64,000 nt of DNA from Thalia democratica. Its lineage: Eukaryota. A model generated the notes under the pieces. It saw nothing but the letters and a program-made list of their open reading frames with translations, was not told where the DNA came from and did not search any database. Positions 25,297-37,700 of this stretch are shown here, piece after piece. The first letter of the stretch is position 1; each line of letters opens with the position of its first letter. A program made the translations under genes and the position numbers. The DNA lies in NCBI GenBank assembly GCA_965202585.1, contig OZ241831.1:29698001-29762000 (forward strand), read 5' to 3'.

Positions 25297-27029
25297 GATT
25301 ACAAAAATTTCTATTTCACATTAGAAGTTAGCAAAACTACTTATTTTCAGTTACAAAACTACTAAAAGCCGAAACTAAAATTAATACTTATTAAACTTTT
25401 TATTAAACTTATTACTATGATTGTTTTATTTTGTTAAACGTTAGATTCGGTTAGAACTAATTTAAACAAAGAACTATTTGATATTTAGCTAGCTTTGTGA
25501 AATACTTTATATGTTTTCTTTCGTTGTAAAACTATTTATATCTTTTAGAAACGATATAATATACCGTGCATACAAGAACTTTTGTGGTACATATAGGAAG
25601 CAAAATAAAGAATAATTACATTGAATTGTTATACAAGTTATAAAAATAGATAACAGAATATTTTAGAAAAATATTAGATTTCTAAGAAAAGTTTTCAAAC
25701 TAAAGCATAACTTTAAATGAGGACGTAGAATAAAAAGTTCTTTTTATTAAAAAGTTGGAGCTTTGCTAACTTGATAAAATAGTTTTAGCTTATAGAACTT
25801 AAAATGATAACAAACTTTCAACAGTTTTTCCATAAGAAAGTTAAGCATAAAATTTGTTCAAACAATTGGTAAACTACCGATTTATCAATCATTTTTAGCT
25901 TTTAAATGTTTATTAAAGCTTAAGTTAGTCAGATTAACACATGCTTTCTGGCCATTTCATAAATTAATAAAAATTTAATACTAAAACAAACGCTCAGTGT
26001 CATACACTTATTTTATTAATACAATAACAGTACAAATACATTTTGTATAAAAACTAAACTCAGAAAAAAAAAACTAGTAAACTAAAATAAACAGCATGCG
26101 ATTAACTCAAAACTGAAGAAGAAACAACTTAGGCATCTACTTAGATAATTAAGCCAGTTTTTTAGTACAGATTTTTTCTGTTGTAACTTATTCTAGTACC
26201 TTAATTGCCGGATAAGAAAATTGTTTAATTTGCCTACCAAAAATGGAAATCACAACAAAACAACTATTTTTTTTTGAAGTTAAAATATTTTTTTTGAATT
26301 CTTTTTATCCATTATAAATATTTAGAGCTTATGATAGTGTAAATTAACTGAGATTTTTATGATGTTTGTACTATTTATTTTTCTGTATAAACACTACTAA
26401 AAACTAGTAACAGAACAAAAAAGAAATAGCTTCATCGAGTTTTTAGTTTTTTTTTTATTTAAAGGAAGTTTTAAAAAACGAAAGATTTATGAATTCATTA
26501 CACTTACAACTGTTTTATTTCGAAAACTTGAAACTTTTTTAGAGTATCATCAAAGTTATAGATAAGTTTCAGTATATTGAATTCAAATATTAAAATTTAC
26601 AGTAGCTTTATTATAACTCACAAAAAAAAATCTTAAAAAAAAAGTCTAGTACTTAAGACCAACTGTTTTGAGCGCTTTTATTTGTTGCTTGTTTAAAAAA
26701 ATATTAATTAGGCAACTAAGATCTAAAATGAAAAGCATTTAAAATAAAAATATTTCTTTAAGATAAAAATGTTAAACATAACTTTTTTATTGCACCCATT
26801 TATGTTAATTTTGTTTAAAAAACAAAAAAAAATATTGACAAAAAGTGTTTAATGAAGTTACTTAAAAAAAAAGACTTGAAAACTTTTAGCAACAGCTTAG
26901 GGTATTTCTTATTTTCAAACTGATGCTAAATCATAACCTAAACATAAAATGCTTTGTTAAGAAAAATGAACAAACATCAACACCAATATTGGATATGATA
27001 TTAATCAATATGCAGACTCTTTTTTCAGA

Positions 27030-27275
27030 ATTTTAGTGGCTTCAGCAGTGAAAATTTGTACCACATTCAAAGTTTTTGTACAACTTTTATGAAATTATCC
27101 TAGGTTGAATTTTGCATAAGATTTTTAAAGCACTAGTCCTTTTGGTATTTTTTTTTTAAAGGTAGAAAAGCATCAGAAGAAACCCACTCTCCCCTCTACA
27201 ACAATAAACGTTTTCTGAAGGTCATGCAAGTGAGTTTCAGCTCATCACGTGTTATTCCACCTGCCCTATCTTTTA
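27030..27275 (+). mobile_element. Degenerate SINE-like repeat (family B), related to 60081-60310
   Basis: Shares the blocks TTGAATTTTGCA(T)AAGATT, GAAAA(G)CATCAG and TCTCCCCTCT, in the same order, with the 60 kb copy. Confidence 0.4.
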
Positions 27276-27569
27276 TATTTACTAAGAAAAAAAAATTACT
27301 TTTTAATTAAAAATAAAACTAAATCTGTTCAACACTTTTGATTTATTTCAATTTTTGCTAATAGTATCAAGCTGAAATTATATTATACTTTATGTATTTT
27401 AGCCATAATTTTAGGCTGAAACTTTATATTTTTCAAATACTTAAATTAAATTAAACTTATTTATCATAGACTAATAAAACGTGAATATTTAATTGCTTTT
27501 ATTTTACAATATAAAGCAGTTATATCAATACAATTATAATTAATAAATGTAATTATAATTAATTAAAAA

Positions 27570-29575
27570 ACATATTTAGATGGTTAATGGACCACAGACT
27601 TAGACTAAATTTAAACAAAACAAGATACATGCTCTACCACTCTAGCATAGTTGATATTTGGAAAAACATAAATTTAAATATAAAAATTAGTATTTCAACT
27701 ATATAAAAGGTAAATAATTATAAATATATTGGTGTTACAATTGACAGTAATCTTAATTGGTCTAACCATATTGAACAACAAAAAAGTGCTCAAAAAGTTT
27801 GGTCCTAGGACCTGGTGGACAATGGACCTTTTGGTTATTGAGTCGCACACTAAAAATACCTTGTAACGTCTTGCCCAGGACAACATTAAGAACATATTGA
27901 AACATTAAAAACATAACTATTAAAGACAATAGGTATTTTATACAAAATACTGTACTATATAACTCAAAACTCTTTGTATTACATTTTTAATTCACTTCTG
28001 ATGAGTCATGTTAGATATAGATTACTTTGTTGGGGTAGAGCAAGTAGAACTAAAATTACTGAAATCAATAAACTTATAAATAGAGCAAGTTGCGATCTGT
28101 TTGTGCTAAGATAGAGCAATAAGGTGCATGCATTTTTGAGTTGGAATGAAAGTTTTAGCAGTATGAAAATGTCAAAAAAAAAAAAGATTTTGAAAACATG
28201 TTTTGATATGAGTTTGGAGTCTTATGTACAAACTCATAAAAGGTATATTGGGAATTAATTTTTTCAATCCTAATATACAAATATAAACAAAATTCACAAT
28301 TATTCAACAAGATTTTCAGAGACAAATTACTTTTTTCCTAGAGTAAAAAATCTTTACGGTTCTAAATCCTTATCCTATCTTGGATGTAAGGTATGGGAGG
28401 AAATTCCAAATAACTTAAAAGAACAAAACTATCTTATAGCATTTCAATCTGGACTAAAAATGTATTACTCAAAAATTAATCAGACAAAAGTCAATCTTAA
28501 TTTTCTGTTTTATATAGTATCAAATAAAATGACTTCTTGATTATTAGGTTTTTACTCTCTGTTTCTCTTTTTAAGACTAATCAATGGCAGTTGTATAGGC
28601 TTGGTGTGAGCGAAGTTGATTTGGTCTTTGTTTTAGTTTTTGAACATGCAGTTTTGATTTACCAACTTAATTTATTATTTTCTTTTCTTTTTTTATTTGA
28701 GTTTTTTAATTGAGTATGATTATTATTTTTATTTATAATTTTTTTTAAATTAATTGTTAAGTTTATTTAAAAGTAACAAAGTTTTTGAACATGTATGATT
28801 GAAACTTATTTAGTTTAATTTTAAGTGAGATTTATTAACTTTTTGTTGATTTACTTAATTATTTGTTAAGTTTTTTTCTTAGCTTTTATTTTATTTTTTT
28901 ATACTTTTAGTTGTACATTTATAAGTGTGATTTATTTGTTTTTATTTTTTTACATGTATCTAGTATTTATTAGCGTGAGGAATAGTTATTGTAGCTGAGT
29001 AATTTACATATTAAAAAAGTATAAGAAAATACTGAATGTTTTTGCTTTTTTGTACTTAGCACATAGATCTGTAAATCTTATTAGAATAGGTTATGCTCTA
29101 CAGTTAATGCTTATACTCATATTTGTTTTTATATATATAAAAGGAAACTATATTAGTTATAGCAATTTCACCAATTTTCCCTTTTTGTTTTGTTGTCTAC
29201 CTTTTTATTGCATTTTTCAGGGTTGCTCTTGTAGAGAGGGCAACAAGAAAAATGTGAAGGTACATGATCTGAAAAATCAAAATCTTTGGGAGGAAACAGT
29301 GTGGTGCCCATGGTAGACTATGGTTTTCATAGTTAATATAGGCAGTAAAGGCTTTAAAAAAGAGTGCATACTATTTTTTTAGAACTAGTTTCTTCATTAA
29401 GTATAAGTAAAAAAAAAGTTATTTTTATTAATCTTAAAGTTTAACTTTGATAAAGTTCTAAATAAAATTTATCATAGTTATTTACAAATATACGGTGTGA
29501 GGCTTGATGACCAAAAGTTCTTTCTCCACACCAATCCATTGACCATAGTTTTGAGCGTTCACATTTTTCTTTCTT
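27570..29575 (+). mobile_element. 5'-truncated, decayed L2/CR1-clade LINE (RT C-terminus + 3' UTR), interrupted by a SINE
   Basis: Remnant peptides FRWLMDHRLRLNLNKTRYML and GVTIDSNLNWSNHIEQ. Nucleotide blocks at 28370-28490, 29200-29330 and 29490-29575 match the reverse complement of the 60790-64000 copy. Confidence 0.8.
27781..27885 (-). mobile_element. SINE family A fragment (body + LINE-derived tail)
   Basis: The minus strand reads GTCCTGGGCAAGACGTTA...GTGTGCGACTCAATAACCAAAAGGTCC...CCAGGTCCTAGGACCAAACTTTTTGAGCAC. It is homologous to 50189-50290 and 57591-57661. Confidence 0.7.
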
Positions 29576-29989
29576 ACAATAGTTTGTATGATTACAATAT
29601 TGTGAAATTAAATCTTTTAGTTAATAATTAATAAATTTAATTCTTACTGTGTATTTCTATGTCTTGTTTAAAACAAAGTATCTTTTTAGATTAAACTTAT
29701 TAGGCTAAAAACATTGATTTTTAGCTTAGAATTATGGTTAAAAGAGACATCAAATACAACATAATTCCAGCTTGATATTGGTACGACATCATCCTAGGTA
29801 ATTTCTACCCTTTTTCACTTAAACGATAAAATAAACTATAATTTATTTAAAAAACTGTCTTGACCCCTCATATCCCTTTACTAACTTTTAAAGTTTACTA
29901 TAATAAAGTTTAAAAAAAACACACTTTTTCTTTTAGATTAAAAAAATAAAAATAAAAGCAAAAAATCAAATCCAAAAGAAAGTATCTGC

Positions 29990-30200
29990 CAACTCTGTAA
30001 CAAAAAATAAACCAACAATCAATTTGTGATCACTACTAATTTTGTATTAAAAATTATTCTAACTTGTTCCTGCTGCCAATTTGAACTCGTTTTGAAAGAA
30101 TAATAAAGTTATTGTATATTTTAAGTTGAAAAGTATTAAAACTTGTATGCATAGGTGCTGCTATTTTAACCAGTTTTGAACAAATGGTAAGTTAATCTTG
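29990..30200 (-). pseudogene. Possible decayed hAT transposase C-terminal (dimerisation) remnant
   Basis: The minus strand gives ICSKLVKIAAPM...SKRVQIGSRNKLE, loosely like the LxKLxxIA...KRVKTxxRNRL motif. Heavily degenerate. Confidence 0.25.
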
Positions 30201-30602
30201 AGTATCAAATTGAAAAGTTTTAAAACTATGCATTATATATGTTGTTGAAATTACATTATTAGTTTCAGTAAATAAGTATACATCATTAATGACAAACAAA
30301 AATATTTTTTTAGTCCCAATATAGAAAAAAAAGCATCGTACAAAATAAGAAAGTTTCCTTTTAAGTTCAAATTTTTTTCGAAGAAATGCTGCCCTTTAAA
30401 GTTACAGTAACCAAAAATTTTAATGTATCTGATTTAAATTTAGATCAAAAATCTCTACTGAAGTATTTTTTTTGAAATAATCACTTGGTTTTGATCTAGC
30501 ATTTTTCAACTCATTTTAAAGCTTTCATTCCGATGTCTACTCCATCAGACCACACATTATAGTTAAAATAGTGTGAATTTGTTTTTAAATTTATATTCCA
30601 TA

Positions 30603-30778
30603 TCTGGTTTGGTACCATACCTGTCAAAATACTGCCAAACAAAATATGACAATCTTGGGCTCTTTTTTTAAATTTACATGATTAAAAGTATACTTATGCC
30701 CGGTGTACCTATCTTTAACTTAACCTCCTTATCAGATTTCGTTTGGCAGTATTTTGACAGGTATGGTACCAAACCAGA
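30603..30778. repeat. Inverted repeat with 38-bp perfect arms
   Basis: TCTGGTTTGGTACCATACCTGTCAAAATACTGCCAAAC (30603-30640) is the exact reverse complement of 30741-30778; the spacer is 100 bp. Confidence 0.9.
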
Positions 30779-31896
30779 AATGAAAAGGAGTATCCTTCAC
30801 CACGCCAACAATAACATTAGTAGCAGGAGCAAGATCTGCCAAATGTGCAGCCTTGAACAAATGGTAATTGTAGTAGGAGATAGTAAACAGTTATTAAATA
30901 AAAGACGTAATATTTCAAACAACTCTTTACACAACTTACTGTTTTTCTTCAATAACACCTTGGCACTTTCTCACTTTTTATTTTTCATTTACCTTTTACA
31001 TAAACGCATACACTTTTTTAATATATGTTAAAACAATTATATATTCTAAGTAAAAATATAGTTTCAATCATTTTTTTATATCTTTATTTCACACATGTCA
31101 TTTTCTATTCTCCGACTTTTTATAAACATTTTATTCTTTGACTATAATTCTTCATATTTTAATGTATTAAGTTCCAAGTTTAATTGGAAACCTGTATTCA
31201 AATCACGGATGCTTTTATGCCTGCTACGCCCAATAAAGCGGCTAGAGGTCTTTTTACTGAAGTTTTATACTTAGCATATAACCAACCACCTTGTTATTTT
31301 ATGTTTTACATTTTAACTTTCATATTAAACACAAACTCGTAATTTATAACATAAATTAATTATTAAATATTTAAAACATCTGTATAAGATCTTTAATTTA
31401 GATACCAGACTGCTCCTTTCTAAAACAATAATTAGTTATTTTACTTATTATATAACATATATGTAGTTTGAGTCATGGTGGTTTTATGTATGGCGCTGTA
31501 ACTTAATTATTGGTCAGGTATTTGAAAGCTTAATAACAAGTTTGATTTTTGTTCTTTGTTTTTTTAAACTAGAAAAAATTAAATTAAATTCAATCTGCTT
31601 TCTCAATGTATCTAACTTTGATTTTGTTATAATTTAGACAAAAGCATTATAAACATTCAATAAATAAAAATATACATTATACCAAGTTTCTGTGGCTTTT
31701 ATTGCCTTTACTATTGTTTAATTTATTAATTTAATAATTAATGTTTCTTGCTTTACTTTTTATTCACAATAGACTTTTTTACTTTTTGTTTGTTACTTTT
31801 TTATATTAAAGTGATCTAATACTTTTTTCAAACATAAAAAATAAATTATCTAAGTTTGTAGTATAAATTAACTAGCTAGTCCCTATGTTCATATAT

Positions 31897-32320
31897 GGGT
31901 GCACGACTATTCAAATTCGGACAATTCAAATTCCGACAATTCAAATTCTCAATAAAAATTTGAAACGGCTAAAAATAAAATAATAATGTATATTTATTTA
32001 AAATAAAGAATGCATATGTAAATCATATTAATATAAACAGGCCATTTTTTTCTTTTTGTAAAAAATTAAATATTTTTTGAGATATGGCTTTATTAAAGTA
32101 AAAAATATAGTTATTTTTAGTAATTTTAAAATGTCTTGAAATTTTTTTTGGATATTTTAAAAAAGACAAAAGTGGCTTGTAGATATTACTAAGATCTACA
32201 TATACATTTTTTATTTTTTAAAAATTTATATTACTTTTAGAGATATAGTCTTTTAAATATTTTCTTAAGAATTCGAATTGTCGGAATTTGAGTTGTCCAA
32301 ATTTGAATTGTCATGTAACC
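31897..32320. mobile_element. Non-autonomous TIR element with a 19-bp target-site duplication (hAT19-like)
   Basis: Imperfect ~53-bp TIRs built from ACAATTCAAATTCS units (GGGTGCACGACTATTCAAATTCGGAC... and ...GTCCAAATTTGAATTGTCATGTAACC). Exact flanking repeat AGTCCCTATGTTCATATAT at 31878-31896 and 32321-32339. Confidence 0.85.
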
Positions 32321-33843
32321 AGTCCCTATGTTCATATATATGGTGACATAGTATTAGATATATTTTCTCAATGATTAGTAACCAGTAAATATTTAGAATT
32401 AGTACTTCCTTCATTTTCATGTAAGTAGTTTATATTATGATTTGTTATTTTATTTTGTATTTTTACTTTAATTTATTTAATTTAGACTTAATAATTACAA
32501 CTATTATATATTTTTATAACAGTCGGATTTAACATTAAGTACTTTATCTATTATTAACCATTAACCTACAAAAATCTATAGCAATTATTTTTATATTTAA
32601 TGGACACATACATACACCTACCTTAGCTTCTATTCTTTTTCTTTACAGTATTTATTTTTTTACAGAACCCAGTTGAAGTGTGTTAATCCGTTAACACACA
32701 GAAACATATGTCGGTACAATAAAAAGAAGGATACTGCGTAATTTGTTATTGATATTTTATGTTTATGGTTTTTACTGTAAATTTTTATTTTGCACCTTTT
32801 ATATAAATATACTTTTTATTTACAGACTCAATTTAAGTTTTAAAAAAATAAGCAAATCATAAGCACTCAGTAAATAGTAAATCATTAAGTTAAGTTATAA
32901 GTAAGTTAAGATAAATATAAAAGTAAATAATTAAAAATGTTGGTAGTAATGTAGGCAGGCACTTGATGTGTGTTAGTTACACTTTTTTTTATAACTTAAG
33001 ATGGCTTAGGAAAATTTAAATTTTTCATAAAAATCTCAGGAAAGTTTTAACATTTTTTATAAATATCATGACATATTTTTTCTAGATCTATAATGAGATT
33101 TACTTGACCAAGTTTCAATATTTTGTTATTTTATGTAAAAAATCTGTTGAAGAACATGATTTTTATTGATTTTGAAATGATTAAAAAATTTTTTTTAGCT
33201 TTTTAGATAGCTCTTCACTATTCTTAAACATAACATTGTAGTTTTTATTTTAAATCTAAAATGAATGTTTATCATCATTTGTTTAGTCATGCAAGTGATT
33301 ACTTTATGTGGTAAGATTAAAGTTAGTCAATTAAAATTTAAGTAAAACATTTTTTTTTTAATATAAAGTTGACTAACATAGGTTCATAAGATAATTCACA
33401 AATTTTGTTTTTAATTTTAATTGAATTAAACTTTGAACGTTGAGTCTTCGAAAACAGTATTACTTTTTAATTTAGTGATCATCTAATGCAGAAGCATACA
33501 CATACAACCTTCCTTTTAATTATTTAAAATAATATTGATATCAACATATAAATTGATACTCAAAATAAGTAAAAAAAAATATTTTTAAAAATAGCTTAAT
33601 ATAGTTGATCTCTAATACCATCTACCAGAAAAAGTTTTTGATAATTTTAAGTACATAATATTTAAGTAGTTTGATACAGAAGCAAAAAAAAATCAAGAGT
33701 TTGAAAAAAACTCAAAAGGATTCAGGGCAGTTTTTTTTTTACTCATAGAGTGGCATCTCTGTGTACTAAAATTTATGAACAAGTTTGTCTTCTGTTCAAA
33801 ATATTGTTACTTACAAATATTTTTTGTAATGATTATTATTTAA

Positions 33844-34533
33844 GGCCATAGGGGGTAGGCCATGTTTTTTACAAGTTGATCTTATTTTATAGAATTTTTA
33901 CTAAGCTTCTAGTTGCTTTTTACCATTTTTAAAAATTCGAATTAGTTTTTGAGATATGACCGGCCAAAGTCAGGCCGCATAACAGGTTCCTTATGGGGAA
34001 GGAAAAACTAAAACGGCGAAAAAAGACTAATGCATTCAAAATCTATCTCCTCTTTCATTTTTTAAGCAATCTTCTTTAAACTTTCACAGTCTATTCTTTA
34101 TACAATAACAAAAAAACGTTATTTGTGACTTTAAAAAATTTCAAGTAGAAATACTTTTTTTTTGAAAAAAAAAATTTTTTTTGATAAAAAATCACTTTTT
34201 TTTTTGTCATAAAATTTTTATTTTTTTAAATTATTAAAATTCACAAATAACGTTTTTTTCTCATAATGTAAGAAACATTTCCTAAAAATTTGAAGAAGAT
34301 TGCTTGAAAAATGAAGGAGAAGATAGATTTTAAAGCCCATTTTTAAAAACTCGAGAAAAACGGCTTTAAAGTTACCCTTTATAAAGACAACCCTTTATAT
34401 AACCGGTCATAAAAAAAAAGTTACTTCATATTTTTAAAATCTAAAAAAAGCATCTGAAAGATTATGAAATTTACTATAATATAAGTTTATATGTTATTTT
34501 TGGTCAAAAAATGGCTTCTACCCCCCTATGGCC
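33844..34533. mobile_element. TTAA-flanked MITE (Kolobok-like, GG termini)
   Basis: TTAA|GGCCATAGGGGGTAG ... CTACCCCCCTATGGCC|TTAA. The interior is homologous to 36425-36590 and 45258-45766. Confidence 0.85.
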
Positions 34534-34774
34534 TTAACCCTATGTGAATGCAGGTATAGCTCAATTTCTTAAAGTAATTTTATTATTTTTTTAATTTCAC
34601 CAAAATAAATACAGTAGTTTTTTAATTGAAAATTTCAACATTAGATGCTAAAATTTTAAATAACTGGTTTTCATTAACAAGTGTTATAAGCAATACTATC
34701 AAATAATATAATAATTTGTGTATATACTATAGAGTCCCTACTTTTTAACTTGCCTTTTTGTAGATTTTAACATA

Positions 34775-37700
34775 ATGAATCAAAACAAACTTCTCGATAT
34801 TCAGCGCCAAGCAGTTCAGAACACCACAGAATTAAATGATTACATTAAAGGCCTTGACAGCTGGTGTGCTGACATTAAGAAAAAAGATCAATCATTCATG
34901 GATATGAAACCTAAAAATAAAGTTAAACATTGTTGTTATAGTAAATATATAACTTTTCTCTTTTAATAAATTTGTTTAACTAGAAGTTTAATTACTTTAC
35001 AAGTTTAACCATTATAAATTTTACTAAAATAGATTTTAAAATTTAAACATTCCAACATATATTATACTTCTGTTGATATTCTATAAAAATTGATTGATTT
35101 AAAAATTAATAAACCAAACATTGTTTATTTTATTTGTTTTAATTAAAAGCTTAATTAAAATGTTGAGTAAAGTAACAAATTAGAAAAATGTTATCAAAGG
35201 TAATTTAGCAATAATGTATATTTCATGTTTATTTCATCAGTTGTACGCTAAGCAATAAAAGTAAAGTTTCAAATCTAGCTTATATAGTGAAATGTAATCA
35301 ATGTAAAAGTAATAATAATAAAACAATACATAAGTACTTCCAATTACAATGCAACTAAAACATAAATAAAACATACGTAACAACTTATAAAACAATTTAT
35401 GAAAACAACAAAACAGTATAATCAAAGTCTTTATGTTTACACAATTAAGGTTTTCTTAACAAAATACAAAAATCCTCAAGTTTAATTAAATCAAAAATGT
35501 GAAAACAATTTTTAATAATTTTAAATCTTTTCAAGTGATAATTACTTGCACAATCAAGATTATTTACTAGGTGTTCTGCAATAGAAGATCTTTTTGTAGC
35601 ATTTACTACTCTGATAGATTTACTTTCATTATTACTCGTTTTACAAAATTCATCAATACTTTTTGGAATATGCTCCTTTATCCTTTTGCTAAATTGCCTT
35701 GAAGTCATTCCAACATAACTATCTTCACAGAAGCAGTTAAACTGGTAAACTACTATACTTTATTTTAAATTCTGATATCAGATCTTTGCTCCAGGTCTAA
35801 TCATTGCTTTGGATAAGAAAATAACTTATATATTGTTAATTACCCTTTGCTTTATTATTATTACTTTTACGTTGATTACATTTTCACTATATAAGCTAGA
35901 TTTAAAACTTTAACTTTGTTGTTAGTATACGACTGATGAACTAAACATGTAATATATATTGTTCTGAAGTTTGAGTCTTATTTATATTTTTTGAAATAAT
36001 TTATTAAAGTGTCAAAAAGTGTTTAATTTTAACAATAATGGTTTAGAGCAATTTAAATTTTTTTGATTGGAATCTTAATTTTGTTGAAAGGTTGGAAAAA
36101 GACTTTGGTCCTTTTTACGATTGTAATCCAAGTATAAAATTGTGTTTTCTAATAAATTTTATTTTGTTTTAGAATAATTAAAAAAAAATTTTATGTAACA
36201 AACTATTAACATTACTCTTTTAATTTTACAGGGAGCAATGGTACCGCCTGTGAGAAACTCTAAGCCAACAAAACAATCAAAACCCAAAAAAGAACCCGCT
36301 AAAAGAATTAGTAGATTTGATTTTAAGGCTTGGGACAAGCTAGATGTTGTAAGTGAGTTTTTGATATTTTTTTTTAATTTTCTTACTGAGTTATAGCGTG
36401 CTTTTAATATGAAGTTTTGTTTAAGGGCATAGGGTTTAATATGCTGTTTTAGTTTTTTCCTCCCATAAGGATCCTATTGTTGCCTCCGACTTTGACTGGC
36501 TATATCTCAAAAATTATTTTGAATTTTTTAAATCTGTAAAAAGCATTTTGTAACTTAGTAAAAACTATATAAAATAAAGATCAAATTTCAAAAAAAAAAG
36601 GTGGAAAAAAAATAATTATAATTGTTTAGATTTTATAACTTTACTACAATGTTTGCCAAAAAACCTGCAATCCTTGTAAAACCTGGAGTTTGACATTTTA
36701 GGAAAAAAAACTGGAAAAACTTGGGATTTTAAACAGTATTTACATATAAAATGATAAAGCTTTGATTAGGTACAAAAAATATACTATTTAAAATGTTTTT
36801 TTTTGTACCATTTAGAATTTTACTTGTTATAAAACATATTTTGAATAGCATTGCAGTATCTTTTCAACATTTTTATACGATTTAATACAGTTTTATGCCT
36901 TTAACTTAATTTTATACTTAAAATCGAATAATAAAATTTTGGAAAAAAATTCAAAAAGTCATTGGCAACAAGTTGATATAAACTATAAAAAAAACTTGAA
37001 AGTTAGTTTAATGAAATTGTGGCAGAAGCATTGCGTGGGTATTGGATCAGTGTTCCACCAGTGCTTAAATAATAAAAACACTCGTTATAATATTATAAAA
37101 GTGTTAAAGCGTTTATTTTGGAAATATGTTTTTATTTTTTAATGATTTGTTGGGACTTTATAATCTTAATAATTTGGTTTTAAAATCATCAAATTAAGGG
37201 TTTTTAAGCACTTATAAATTTTCTTCACTCTCTGAGAAAAATACCATGCATATTGACTGGATTATGGTAAAAAATTAATTTAAAATTTTTCGTTAAAAGA
37301 GACAGGGTTGCCACACACTCAGGGAACTCAGGGAATCTCAGGGAATTTTCAAACTGTAGAAAATCTCAGGGAAACTCAGGGAATTTTGGCATTTTTCTTT
37401 TAACTCAGGGAAACTCAGGGAAGTTTTGATTTTTTCTCTAAATTTCAGGGAAGATTTTGAAAATCTCAGGGAATTTTTTTTCTAGATCTAGAATGAGGTT
37501 TAGTTAATCCAGTTTCAATATTTTGTTCAAAAGTAGTAATTTTTATTATTTAAGTGGTTATTTAGAATTTTACAAGAAATTAGTATACAAGTTAATGAAT
37601 ATTGTTTTTACTACTTCTTTCATGGAAGCCCATTCAAGTGGAAAAAAGCTACTTGAACTAAATAATGAGCATTTTCAAAATAAAAGTTTTCACAAAAAAG

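Noticed and set aside
27781-27885. AACTTTTTGAGCG as an snRNA Sm site (U12/U11-like) or Pol III terminator
   Set aside because: The same motif ends both LINE copies and several dispersed SINE fragments, and no snRNA 5' motifs are present.
29050-29316. Similar ORFs at 29050-29316 (+) and 61083-61316 (-) ending in WCPW/WYPW
   Set aside because: They are homologous only because both lie in the LINE 3' UTR; the N-terminal parts are low-complexity AT sequence.
30678-31031. 117-aa ORF
   Set aside because: It spans the inverted repeat and T-rich sequence, and has no splice context or motif.
37320-37480. CTCAGGGAA array as a CRISPR-like repeat
   Set aside because: Irregular short spacers, eukaryotic context, and a position inside hAT TIRs identify these as subterminal transposase-binding repeats.
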